Below, piece after piece: positions 11,801-24,270 of a DNA stretch of 64,000 nt; the first letter of the stretch is position 1; each line of letters starts with the position of its first letter. The notes below the pieces were generated by a model. That model saw nothing but the letters and a program-made list of their open reading frames with translations. It made no database searches and was not told where the DNA came from. A program made the position numbers and the translations under genes. The stretch comes from Callorhinchus milii (taxonomy: Eukaryota), in assembly GCF_018977255.1 (NCBI RefSeq), contig NW_024704743.1, positions 73,968,001-74,032,000 on the forward strand. The letters are read 5' to 3'.

Positions 11801-12429
11801 TAGGGTTAGGGTTAGTTACAATTAGTTAAATACAATTAGGGTTAATTGTATTTATATAGTGCCTTTCATATTGGGATGAAGTCCCAAGGTGCTGAAACAA
11901 TAAACTTCTGACAGAGGCGAGAGAGACATTACTACCAATTGAGGCAGGTAGACAAATATAGCAAACATTTATCAACCAGTGAGGAAAATCAGTTTGGCCA
12001 TTTCTTAAAATATAATGTTTCACCAGTAGGGGGCTATATTTACAATATAAAAATCAGTTCACATGACTGCTTGTTTAAAGCTGCCTGCTAGCAAATCTTT
12101 GTGTTATCCGAATCATTGGAGCAGTCTCGAAATGTTGTACATCGGGAAATTTTGTAATAAAGATCAATCTGGTTGTTTTATCATACTTTAAATCTTTGTG
12201 ATTTTGGTGAGGGGATGTTCTCCCTGTTGGGCATTATAGTTATTAAGAAACTGGCCTATCCTTCCATTGATCTCTTTATATATATTTATAGGTACAACTG
12301 ACCATGGCTAACTTAACTGGTCCTAACTCACCCAATTCAGACAGAGTGACCGGCACAGTGGGAACCTGCCACTGCATCTCTCTGTGCCTCAAGAACAGAC
12401 TCAACATCAGCAACAGCAATGTCTATTAT

Positions 12430-12620
12430 ATCGGTTCTATCCTTGAATGGTTCAGATCGTACCTCACACACCGCCTCCACTTCATCTCCACAAACAGTTT
12501 CTCCTCTAGCCCCTGCACCGTCTTGTGCAATGTTCCTCAGGACTCTGTCCTTGGTTCCCTCCTCTTCAATATCTGTATGCTCCCTCTTGGTGACATCATC
12601 CGCATACATGGGGTCATCTT
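12430..12620 (+). mobile_element. L2 RT fragment
   Basis: LEWFRSYLTHRLHFIS...[24 protein letters not shown]. Confidence 0.85.
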
Positions 12621-14379
12621 AAATTTCTAAATGTTATTTGACAGATTCTTGGGTGCCAAAGTGTACCATAAGCTAGACCATTTGATGGTCTAGGACTCCT
12701 TCGAAGGACAAGGGAAAGGCATTTTGTCATTAGTAGTTTGCAATGTTTACAGGATTATCTGGCAAGCTTTCCCACTGCCTATCCAGCTTGGACCACCCTA
12801 CACATTAGGGCTTTGGCTTACAGGATTAGTAGGAGCTGAGTGAGAGGATTCCATATCCCCAGATGAGCCAGGCTGGCTGTGTTGTTATCAGCAGTGTGCT
12901 GGAATACTGCGGACCTGCCTGGCTCAGGAGCTGGACTATCGAGACTGCCACAGAGGGTTGGCTTGATTCCGATATTCTGTTGTCAAACATGTCACTTTGG
13001 AGTTAGTTCAGCTCTGAGAGACCCGGCTTACCTCCCACCAAAGGTGGATAGTATAACAGTGTGGTGTTAAAAAACTGAATTCAAGCCCCCCAAATGACCA
13101 GGTCCATATAGAGCAGACCTGAACTTTTCCTCCCCCCTTGGCCTGCCTACACCTTGGCTCTGAACTAAAATTATCGGAAATCAAAGTGCCAGTTGATCAA
13201 ACATGCATTGTTCTGTAGAAGCTCAGTGGGTGAATTTGTATAGGGGAATCTGAGTTTTCAGGTGAGCGTTTGACCCGCTGAATTATGTGGCTGTATGTGG
13301 GGAGGTGCGGAGTAATCAGAACCACATGAATTTAACACAGCCTGTGAAGTGCAAATGTTTGAGGGAAAAATAAATCAGTTTAAGGAACACGTGTGTGTGG
13401 TTTTTTTGCAGACCTGCTATAAGAGGAATTTCGATCAAATGGAACCTACATTTATTGAAAATAAAAGTCAGATGGAAACTGAAAAATGTCATACTGTACA
13501 TTTGTAATTAATATGCAACACAAATTTTACTTTATTTAAGGGGGGGAAAGTGTGGTATAGAAGGTTCCCAGTGATAATTACCACATCAGATATCCCATTT
13601 TTGGAACCCATATGTATGAAGTAAGGCTTAATATCATACAGCCATATTTTGTTTTTCTATTTTGTTGCAGTTTAATACTGAACATTCTTTAACTCCATTT
13701 AACTCCATTGAATTCTGGAAGGCAAAACTCTTGCAGAGATTTGGCTCCACAGATGCCGGGGGCTTTTCAGTACTTTGCCCAAGTGTTTATTCATGTGTGA
13801 GTCTGGACAATGAGTGCCAGCGGGATATTCAACCAATCTATAATCCTGCTCTTATCCAACAGCCACAGAAATACGGTGTAGCAGGGATCAGTAGAAAGTA
13901 ACCAGGATCTGGAACCCTGGTTAATATTTTTTCAATCATATGCCAGGGAACTTGATGTTGATTGTACTCCTGTGACAACTGGACTGAGACCAGGGAACTC
14001 AGCATTGACTGGAGGTAAAACCTAGTACAATTTTAGCCCTGCATTGCTCAGTTTACAATACCCTACTTCATATTCATTTTCTATGTGTCATGAACTATGA
14101 CTGCGGTATCTGTTAGCAAATGTTGCTAGCTAGGACTGAAATCTTTTAGGAAAAAATAGGCTCTGTAAATAGCTATAAAATGTATGTTAAAATGGACTGT
14201 GGCCTGTGAAGGAGTTGGGAGATGTTTTACTATATGTATAAACAAAAGAACCTGTAAAGATATGACCATCAATGGAAAAGGATTGAAACTTACAGCATTA
14301 AGTAGGAATCATTAAATGCTCCAGGGGAACGCTGCTAGGACCTCGGTAATGTCACATGTGGAAAGCAAACAGATAACCA

Positions 14380-16633
14380 GGCTCATAGAAAACATTCGCT
14401 TGGCTGCATCATCCTCACCCACCTATGTCCCTTTCCACCCCATCCAGACCATCCCCACCACTTTCTCCCTCCGCCACGGCTTCTGCTACTCCTGCCTCCT
14501 TACACTCCTTTACACCCATTTCTCTCTCCTCCCTATCAACCACATTCACCCGCATGAAGTTCACCACCTGCTACCTTGACCCCCTCCCCACTCAGTTACT
14601 CGTCACTCGACTCCCCCTTCTCTTCCCACTGCTGGCCAACAGGGTCAACCAGTCTCTCTCCTCAGGTTCTGTTTTGCTGCTCCTGAAAACTGTTGTCATC
14701 ACACCCCTCCTCAATAACCCATCCTCGATCCCTCAATCTCGTACACTACCATCCCATCTCCAACCTGCACTTCCCTGCCAAAGTCCTGGAATGCATTGTT
14801 ACAGGTCAACATCAGTCACACCTCTCCCTCCACTCCCTCCTCAAGCTCCTGTCGTCCTGCCCATAGCACAGAGACAGCGCTTGTCAAAGTCACAAACGAC
14901 ATTCTCTCTATGACCAGGGCTCCCTCTGCATCCTTGTCCTCCTGGATCTCCCTGCCGCGTTCGACACAGTCGACTATGCCATCCTCCTCCACTGCCTCTC
15001 CTCCCTCAACAACAACAACAAGATTACATTTGTATAGTGCCTTTCACATTGGGAGGACGTCCCAAGGCGCTGGACAGTGTACAGCATTTCAGACCCGAGC
15101 TGGGGTCAGGGGGGGAGAAGGGAGGGGAGAGGAAGTGGGTGGCTGATGGCATGTTTGAAGAGGAGGGACTTGAGGCAGGACTTGAAGGAGGCTAAGGAGG
15201 GGGCGAGGCGGAGTGATTGGGGAATGGAATTCCAGAGGTTGGGGGCAGAGTGGCTGAAGGCACTCCCGCCAATGGTGGTGCGGGTGGGTCGGGGGACATG
15301 GAGCAGGCCAGAGCCGGCTGAGTGGACGGAGCAGGCGGGTTGGTAGGGGGTTAGGAGGTCACATAGGTAGGATGGGGCGAGGTCATGGAGGTCTTTGTAG
15401 GTGAGGACCAGGATCTTGAACTGTATCCTCTGAAGGATAAGGAGCCAATGGAGTTGGGGTCACGGAGTTTGGTGCGGGAGAGGACACGGGCTGCAGAGTT
15501 CTGGATTATCTGCAGCCTGTGGAGGGAGGAGTTGGACCGCATTCGCATAGTTTGAGTTCTACTTAACCAACTGCCTCCACTTCATCTGAGCAAATGATTT
15601 CTCCTTCCGCCCCCACCCGGTCACCTGCGGGGTACCCCAGGGCTCCATCCTTGACCCTCTTCTTTTCCTCATCTATATGCTCCCTCTGGGTGATGTCATC
15701 CACAGACACAGGGTAAACTTTCACATGTATGCAGATGACACACAAATCTACTTTGCCTCCTTCAGCATCAACTCCAGGTCCACCGATGTTCTATCTTGTC
15801 TGGCAGACATGAGGGCCAGACAAACTTTCTTCAGCTGAATGTGGACAAAATGGAAGCCATACTGTTTGGCTCCTGTCAACGTTTTCACTCCTGCGGATCC
15901 AAACTCCTCAACCTACTTGGGCTCTCCCTCAGACTCAATGAACTAGTATGTAATCTAGGGGTCCGGTTCGACCCCCAGTTGTCCTTCCTCCCCCACATCC
16001 AGTCCCTGAGCAGGACTATATTCCTCCATCTCCGACACATTGCCCGCCTCCAAATGTACCTTAAGCTAAATGCAGCTGAAATCCTCTTGCATGGTTTGTC
16101 ACCTCCCGCCCCAATTACTTAAATGCACTCCTCACCGGTCTCCCCAGCTCCACTATTCAAAAAATCCAGCTCATTCAAAACTGTGCTATCCACATACTGA
16201 CCGGGACCAAACTCCATACCCACATCTCACCATTTCACCAACTTCCAGCTCTTCACACTCATGTTCAAATCCATTCATTCCCTGGCACCTCCCTACTCTC
16301 CGACCACCTCACTCCCCAATCCACCACCCGGTGCCTCTGCTCGACTGGCACCAGCCTCCTGCTCGCCCCTCGCACTCTCCGATCTACCATTGGAGGTTGG
16401 GCCTTCAGCCACTACACCCCGAAGCTCTGGAACACTCTCCCTTAATCCTTCCGCCTTGCCCATCTCTCCCCTTTTTGAGTCCCGCCTTAAAAAACCTTCT
16501 TTTTGATGATGCTTACTGTCACCTCGCCACCCCCCACTGCCAACTCGGAGTCAGGCTCCGCCGTTGTTAAGTGCTCTGAGATGCTACCCTGCATGGAGGG
16601 CCCTATATAAGTGCAAATTGTTGTTGTTGTTGT
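14380..16633 (+). mobile_element. L2 LINE (ORF2 to 3' tail) interrupted by an antisense L2
   Basis: RPAHSTETALVKVTNDIL before the insertion; [19 protein letters not shown] and [16 protein letters not shown] after it; (TTG)n tail at ~16620. Confidence 0.88.
15007..15552 (-). mobile_element. L2 3' fragment inserted antisense in another L2
   Basis: Begins (caa)n-agattacatttgtatagtgcctttcac; minus strand reads [25 protein letters not shown]. Confidence 0.88.
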
Positions 16634-16749
16634 AAATTATAGATGTTGCAAAGTTGGGTAGATATTCTGGAGATTTGCTCAACATTTTAAGAGGTCAGGG
16701 AAAAAAGCTTTTTCTATGGGCATTAATGTAGTTGGGTAAAATCTATGCC

Positions 16750-17060
16750 AATAATAATAGTAATAATAATCCTTGCATTTGATATAGCGCTTTTCACAGC
16801 TAGACAGTTCAAAGTGCTTCACAGAATTTACCGTAAAGTGAACTGTCCGTACATTTTGTTGGCGAAACACGGCAGCCAATTGTATACAGCAGTGTCCCAC
16901 AAATAGTCGTGGATTGAGTGACCAAATTATTATTGGGTTTTTTTCTTGAGGTATTATTATCAGGCATGTGGAGTAAGGAAACTTGCCCTAGGTTTCACTC
17001 TGCCAGGAATCGAACCCAGGTCTCCCAATTGCAAGTGCTCTAACAACTGGTGGACTGCAC
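16750..17060 (-). mobile_element. tRNA-derived SINE
   Basis: Tail, Deu core and eroded tRNA head of the 4961 family. Confidence 0.85.
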
Positions 17061-17204
17061 ATGTCTGTTGAATCAGCTTGATAGGATAAATAATCCTTTT
17101 GTGTTTACTGCTCTTATCAAAATATCATAAAATATTATTATTGTGATAATGTTATTCAACAAGATGGTGCAATTATTATTAGAATACCAACCTTCAGGTC
17201 AACC

Positions 17205-17615
17205 TGGCTCAGTTGGTAGCACTCTCGCCTCTGAGTCAGAAGATTGTGGGTTCAATCTCACGTTGGAACTTTGAGCTCACAGTTTAGACTGATATTTACA
17301 CTTCAGTGCAATGATGGGGTACTGCTGCATTTTGAGAGGTGTGGTCCTTCTGATAAGATACTATGGTCCTCTCTGCTTGTTCAGGTGGATGTTAACAACC
17401 CCAAAGCACTATTTGAAAAGAGAAGGGAGTTTCTTCCAGTGTCTCGGCCAGCAATCTTCCAAATGAAATTAATTGTTTTGTTACTGTGTGTAAATTGGCT
17501 GCCATGTTTGCCTACCGGTAAGCAATCACTGCCCTATACAGTAATTCCTGTGAAGCACTTTGAAATTATTTAAAGATGTGATAAGGCACTATATCAAATA
17601 CAAGGATTAATTATT
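17205..17615 (+). mobile_element. Old full-length DeuSINE (SacSINE1-like)
   Basis: Head ggctcagttggtagcactctcgcctctgagtcagaag...gggttcaa, long Deu core, L2-like tail; relatives at ~11100-11420(-), 22330-22670(-), 36350-36680, 42485-42780, 46350-46610, 47405-47620(-), 49575-49815, 62800-63060. Confidence 0.8.
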
Positions 17616-17630
17616 ATAATAATAATAATC

Positions 17631-17947
17631 ATAATAATAATAATAATCCTTGCATTTGATATAGCGCTTTTCACGTCGGGAGGACGTCCCAAAGCGCTTC
17701 ACAGAATACACTGTAAAGTGAATTGACTGTGTATTTGTGGGCGAACGCGGCAGCCAATTGCGCACAGCAATGTCCCACAAACAGTCGTAGATTGAAAATG
17801 ACCAATTTATTATTGTTTTTGGTTTTTGGAGGGATTATTATTAGGCGTGTGGAGTAAGGAAACTTGCCCAAGGTTTCGCCCTGCCTGGAATTGAACTCAG
17901 GTCTCTCACTTGCAAAGCAAGTGCTCTAACCACTGAGCTGCAGGACT
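17631..17947 (-). mobile_element. Young tRNA(Ala)-derived SINE, near full length
   Basis: Reverse complement closely matches 55068-55391. Confidence 0.92.
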
Positions 17948-19069
17948 GTCTGACCTGAAATTATAATTTCAGGTCAGACATAATAACAATATTAAAAATA
18001 ATAATCCTTGCATTTAGTAATAACACCTTTTATGTCTGGAAGACATCTCAAAGCACTTCACAGGATATACTATAAAACAATGTGATTGTATGTATTTTAT
18101 GGGCAAATGACAAATTCATGCCACGCAGTCTTACAATTTGTCATCAGAATATACAAAAACGTTATTCCTAGCAGTGGTCTCTGAAAAAAGCATTGTTTAA
18201 GATCGCGTAACATTCTGCAGTTACTTTCTGAATAAAATTTGCAGTTCAAATTGCTAATGTAAATCAGCAAGCCCATATGTAGTTTCAAATTGCACCATCT
18301 CAAGAGCTGAAGTAGTGTAATGGCGGAATAGGAAAAAGGCTGAAAATGAGTAGGAATGGCAATGTCAAGATGACAATGAAAGAAAGAAATTAAACTGAAC
18401 ACTGAGTGGAAAAAAGAGACAAGATTTGAATCAAAGGGTAATTGTTCCCTTCTGTGCTATTTCGATATATTACATAATTATTTATTTTTGTTTAAGTAAT
18501 TTTAAGAAAGTGCCAGTTTGGATGGGGGTGGGGGTGAAATACTCTTTTCCATTCCAGATGCCGATAATGTTTAGCTTACAATACAATACACTACAAATTT
18601 ACATTTATACAGTGCCTTTGACCATCGGAGGATGCCCCAAGACACTTAATCATACAGGTGTTGCCCACAATCTGGGGTGGGAGCCGAAGTGGGTGGAAAG
18701 ATGAAAGATGACCGAAAGTGCACTCAAAGAGGAAGGTCTTGAGATGGACCTTGATTGACTTGAAGGAGGGAGTGAGTAGGAGGGACTCCAGGATGGAGTT
18801 CCAGAGAGCAACAGCAGACAGGCTAAAAGTGCAGTAAGCCAGTCCTGAGTTCACATATTACCACATGGGTTTACTGGGGGGTAGGGCAATACAGTGAACT
18901 TTAGCCTGTCAGACTTGTTTTCAAATTGTAACATGGAGTCTGAAACTGGAGACGTAAGTGAAACTCAGCCCAGGTCATAAATTCACATTGCTGCTCAGGG
19001 CAGAGAGAGAAAGACAGGACAGAGAAAACAGTGTTTGAATGACTGCAACAGCCATTATCCTATTTATTG

Positions 19070-20000
19070 AGGACCGGGAAAAGAGGGGCTAACAAAAATC
19101 AGATTAGCCCCAGGGAAAAAGATCTACAGCCTCTGCCTGTCCTACCTGGGCAGTGCAGAAGTAGCTTTAGGTTGCCCAGGGAAGCACTCCTAGAAGATGT
19201 TAGATGTCTGGTTCCAAATGTTGTGCCTGTAAAAGCTACAGCCATCATCATTTTTTTATGATGTCAACAATAACAAATTACATTTGTATAATGCCTTTCA
19301 TGCCGGAAAGACGTACCAAGGCACTGAACAGTTAAGGGTTTGCACTCAAGCTGGGGGTTAGAATCAAGAAAGGTAGAGGGTAGAGGGATATTGACTCCTT
19401 TTAAACTCCTGGAGTAAATTCCCTGGTATTTCTCTGGCGCCATGTTCTATTATTGTGTGTCAAAGTGCTGACTAATTCACTGGACCAAAAGGCTCAAGGG
19501 CTCATCCACTTCCAGAGAACTATGGACAAACAGAAAGGTAGCAACAATGATGTGCCGCTGCTGGCTTCCCCAGGGTCTTGGGCTGCTTGACTGCGCACAT
19601 GTGGAGATGAATGTGCCATCAGTCAAATGGGTGACATACTCGAGAGGTTTCTACTCCCTATATGTACAGATGGTCTGTGACACTTACATAAGGATCATAC
19701 ATCAAGGATCAGAAGCTCTGTAAATGTTCTGATCACTGGGCTATTTATTAAGATATTGAGCACCCCTCTGAAACATTCTCCTAAGACTTTACTTCACAAT
19801 GTAGAAATACTAGCAGGACCTTTACAACAACAGGCACATAAAACCACGCAATTCATCATGGAACATATGCTTGGTGTTTGCAATCAAAGATTAGGTGGCT
19901 CGATTGCTGTGGCTATGAAGGATTCACGAACATTCACAGAGAATGTAGTAAAATTATTATTGGAGACAATGCAAAACACATGCAGCAATAACTCATTTCG
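19070..20000 (+). pseudogene. Degenerate PIF/Harbinger transposase relic, interrupted by an antisense L2 tail at ~19265-19395
   Basis: Collinear across frameshifts: QCRSSFRLPREALLE; CVKVLTNSLDQKAQGLIHF; GFPRVLGC/DCAHVEM; RGFYSLYVQMVCD; PLKHSPKTLLHN; AHKTTQFIMEHMLG. Same order as recalled HARBI1/Harbinger DDE motifs. Confidence 0.8.
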
Positions 20001-21232
20001 ATAGAGAGCATCATCTGCCCTATGTCATGATCAGACAAGTCTTTCTCACTGAAGACATAACACCATTTTTTCCATTGTACACATACACTCTGCTGCACTT
20101 TCTTAAGTGCCAAAGTGTGACCTGTTGAGTCAGTGTATATTAACAGCTGCAGGTGTTGGTTCCTACCCTACACTGTGAAGATTGCCTCAGTTTCAGCGGC
20201 TTCTCTATCTACGCAGCTATATTAAGCAAAATTCCAATCAGCCCTGTCAGTTAAGTTGCTTCCAAACCTTTTATGGAGGTCAAGTAGCTTGGTAATGGCT
20301 TGTTAATGTTCTGTACTGCAATCTCACTGGGCTTTGCACTGAATTAATGTGTTTGGTTATTGTAGTGGTAATGCACCCTGGAGTTTATATAATATGTCAG
20401 GATGCAAATTGTGACAAGTGATAAGGTCATGTTTTTCTTGTGTGCTATCTGGGATCTGTTATTTCAATGAACATATCCAAGCTCTGCAACTAAGAGCATC
20501 AATACAATATAATGCAATTTACATTTATAAATTATAAATACCTGTCATGTCAGAAGGATGCCTGGGACATGTTTGGGACATATGTGCATCGACTGTCAGG
20601 AAGGTGGAAGGCGAACTAGATGAACCTTGGTCTTTTTTCATACAGCATTTCTTATGCTCTTATGCCGCAAAGCACTTGACATTGCTGGCTGCCCCCTGAG
20701 CTGGGAGTGAGAGTGATGGGGTTTGCAGGGGAAAGATGACTGAAAGCATGGTCAAAGGATACGTTGTGTGATAAACCTTGAACAAGATGAAGGAGCGAGC
20801 GAGATGGACTCTGGTGTTGAGTTCCAGAGGGTAGGGCAGAATGGCTGAAAATCCTCAATCCCTAAATATTTGGTTAAGGGTAATGAGTAACTCTAGTAAA
20901 ATTCTTTTAGAATTTTTGGGATGCTGGATAATGGGATTCAATCTGTGGTATTTCTTAATGAGATTCCTTAAAATAGAATCCTGTTAGAATTCCCATTGAT
21001 CAGTAGGAATTCTGCTCTTGAAGCAGATTGGATTCAATTGCATTTCACTGGTGAGAGTGATGTAAATTTGCTTCCTGAAGAAGTCTCCATTTGAACAATA
21101 TCATAAATAAGACCCCCATTATACAAAAACTGGGGCTATGTAAATAGCTATCCTACAGTCATTTGGAAAGTTTTCATTCTTGGGTGTCTGACACATGTGT
21201 ATGTATGTTGTATTAAGTAGTAAGTAATTATT

Positions 21233-21317
21233 TATGTATGTATGTATGTATGTATGTATGTATGTATGTATGTATGTATGTATGTATGTATGTATGTATG
21301 TATGTATGTATGTATGT
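21233..21317. repeat. (TATG)n microsatellite, about 21 units
   Basis: Perfect tetranucleotide run; source of the HTYI-repeat ORF at 21119-21340. Confidence 0.97.
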
Positions 21318-22829
21318 GAGTTCCATTTACACATGGTCATTTCCCTTTGCCTGGAATGAAATGCACGTAATCTCCCTGGAAAGACGAACCCTGCTTATCT
21401 AGTTCTGGAAAGTATTCGGCACAGGTTGGCGAGCGAGCACCAAGGCTTGGGGATCCCAAAGAGTGCATTGGAAGTACTCTAGGGTCTAACTTGACTCAAC
21501 TCTTAATATGACACAGAAAATAATAATAACTATCATATATTGAAATCTAATATATTACAAATAGTAAATAATCAGAATCTAAATGATCAGGCAAATTGGA
21601 AAGTTTAAACTATGTTGAATGAAAGTCAGAGATTGCAGGCACTATATAGATGCAATGTTGTTGTATTGCTTAATACAACAACAACATTGCATTTATACAG
21701 TGCCTTTCATATCAGGAGGATGGTCCAAGACACTGTTAATTAATTGTCCATTAATGAGTGATCATTGAATGCCCTAGAACTTGCAAACACAAAATTGCTT
21801 GTCATGTTTTTTAACAGCAGGTGGCACTGCACATCAATTCAAAGTTAATCTCTTTTATGTAGTTTCACAGTCCCACGAACAATTCTCTCTAAATCCATTC
21901 AGATGTAACAGTGCTGTGGAATTTGCCTCTAGTCCTGAAATGACCTGGAATATATATATATTTCTAATCCTAAACAATATGAACAGTATAAGATACCGAA
22001 AGGCTATTGGGGAAGTCATTTGATTTGCTGTCTACCACTAAACTCTGTATGATTTGCAACTGTCATACGCCACGATTTTATGTCTGGACTAACATATAAA
22101 CACACTGTAAATATGTTTTTAATAAAAGATACAATGAATAATGTAAAGTGCAGAAAGAGCCCTTGTCCCTGGAAATCATTATTTTTTCATGAAACATAAA
22201 ATGGAATTCATTTTTAATATGCCAGAAATATTCAGTACAATTTGCCCATGAAAATCAGAAAGCTTAGGTTTTAAGAAGAGTTGTTCATTTCATAGAGAGT
22301 GGTTATGGAAAGTAATTGATTGGTATAATAATAATCCTTATATTTTATATAACGCCTAATCATATTGTTGAGATATCTCGAATTGCTTCACATGATATTT
22401 ATTGCGAAGTGTCATGACTTATTTTTAGGGGATATTAGCCACCAGGAGAAATTTCCTGCAAATAGTGCCATGGGATCTTCAGTATCCAACCCAGCAAGCA
22501 GACAGAACCTCAGTTTAATATCTCATCCAAAGGTTGGCACCTCCAACATTGCAGCACATCCCCAGGGCTAGATTGGAGTGTCAGCCTGTGAGTTCAAATT
22601 CCCAGTGTGGGGCTTGAACCCATAACCTTTGACTCAGAAGGTGAGAGTTCTAACATCTGAGCCAGGCTGACACCTGAGGTACTCCTGCAGTGACAAGAGA
22701 AGACTAAGGTCTAAATGTCATCTGGAAAAGAATCTAAAAATGAATATGCTATGCCAGAATGTATTAAATACCTTATTTTCAGAAATAAATTGGATAGAGA
22801 TAGGAAAAATTGAAACTGGTCTCAAATTG

Positions 22830-23350
22830 ATACTGCTTGCTGACCACCCAATCTCCAAACTCCACGAGATCCAGATTATCCGGGACTCTGCATCCTGTAT
22901 CCTCTTCCGCACTAGACTCTGCAAGCCCATTGCTCCCATCTTCACCTAACTCCATTGGCTTTATATCTCCCACTGGTTCGAATTTAAGATTTTCTCTATT
23001 ACCTTGAAATGCCTCAGTGGTCTTGCCCAATCCTACCTCTGCAATCTCCTGTGACGCTACACCCCAGCTATGCCATCTCTGGCTTGTTTCTTCCCTCCAT
23101 CTTACACCTCCCCCCCTACCCCCCACCACCACTTGTTCTACCTCATAATTTTGGTGAGTTTTCAACCATTTCAACCCCGCCCACTATGCTCTCTTTTGAA
23201 TTTCTTCTGCTTTCTGCCCTCTCTGCTTTCAAGACATTTAAGAACCTATCTCTTTGATTGTGCTTTCAGCCACCCACCCTGCACCCAACTCAGGCTCCTA
23301 TTCAGTCTTTGTAAAGCACTTTGAGATGTTCTCCTTTCATGAAAGGCACA
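22830..23350 (+). mobile_element. Old L2 3' fragment
   Basis: KLHEIQIIRDSASCILFRTRLCKPIAPIF followed by a 3' tail motif (gaaaggcac). Confidence 0.75.
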
Positions 23351-23929
23351 ATGTGACTTTTTTTTCTCGTGTGTGAGGTTTGCCCCTCTCCCCCCTCCCA
23401 CCCACATTAGTTGAATTTCCCTTTATCAAAAAGTACAAGTGCCTTGACCCAGCCCCATCGTGTCAATACCACATACACAACCCTATTCTAACTCTGGGCC
23501 TCCAACCACCAAACGGCAGTGGTGTTGGTTTGTTTTGCAGCGATTACTAGGTTCTGGAGACTGGCAAGCGCGCATATAAAGAGCGGATGGATTAAGTTGT
23601 TAAGTAGCAATGAGCTGGTTTGGCTTTTATGGATCTCGATTATATTAGGGGAGTGTTGAAGTAAGATGTTGTTTTGTTTATGATCTCTTAGTCTTGCAGA
23701 ACACAAGTCTAGCTCTAACGCTAGGTCACTACAAAACTGATTTAATAATAACAACAATCATGATCCTTGCATTTGATATAGGGCCTTATTACGTCATTGA
23801 GACGTCGCAAAGCACTTCACAGAATAGATGGAGGGATTATTACCTCCGGAAAGCTATCCGCCAATCGTACATAAAGCACATAGCTTGGGGATTGAGTATG
23901 TGCCAGATTCGCATCCTCATGACCAACAG

Positions 23930-24270
23930 TGCCAACCAGTTGTTGGCGGGGAAAGCGTGGGTCTGAGGACCAAGTGTGGGAGGAGAAGTGGGGCAGCAGA
24001 TGGCAGCAAGAGTCAAGCAGTTCACTCGGTCAGTCATCGCAGACGCCTTGGGGGAGGAGAGGGGAGGGGAGAGCGGGGAGGGAAGGGTTAAGGCGTGATG
24101 AAGCTGGTTGGAAACGAGCTGAGGTTGGAGTGCAGGGAAGGCGGCTGCTGGAGATGCAGAGATAGAGAGAGAGAGAGAGGGTGGAGGAGGAGCAGCAGCA
24201 TTAAATATGGACGGCCCTGGAGTGGGACTGCTGCAACCAACCGTCTGCTCTCTGTAAAGACCAGAGAATA
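23930..24270 (+). promoter_or_regulatory. Putative FAM171A1 promoter/5'UTR (GC- and purine-rich)
   Basis: Non-repeat, locally CpG-enriched, G-runs and (GA)n directly upstream of the first coding exon; TSS cannot be determined from sequence. Confidence 0.7.

Noticed and set aside
13272..13284. GACCCGCTGAATT, resembling the 5' region of 28S rRNA
   Set aside because: Only ~13 nt, with no flanking rRNA similarity; chance match
23570..23585. TATA-like CATATAAAG
   Set aside because: About 700 bp from the ATG, separated from it by a SINE tail fragment, with no TSS evidence
1..23900. 3' exons of ITGA8, the upstream neighbour recalled from human synteny
   Set aside because: No integrin-like (GFFxR) coding sequence recognised
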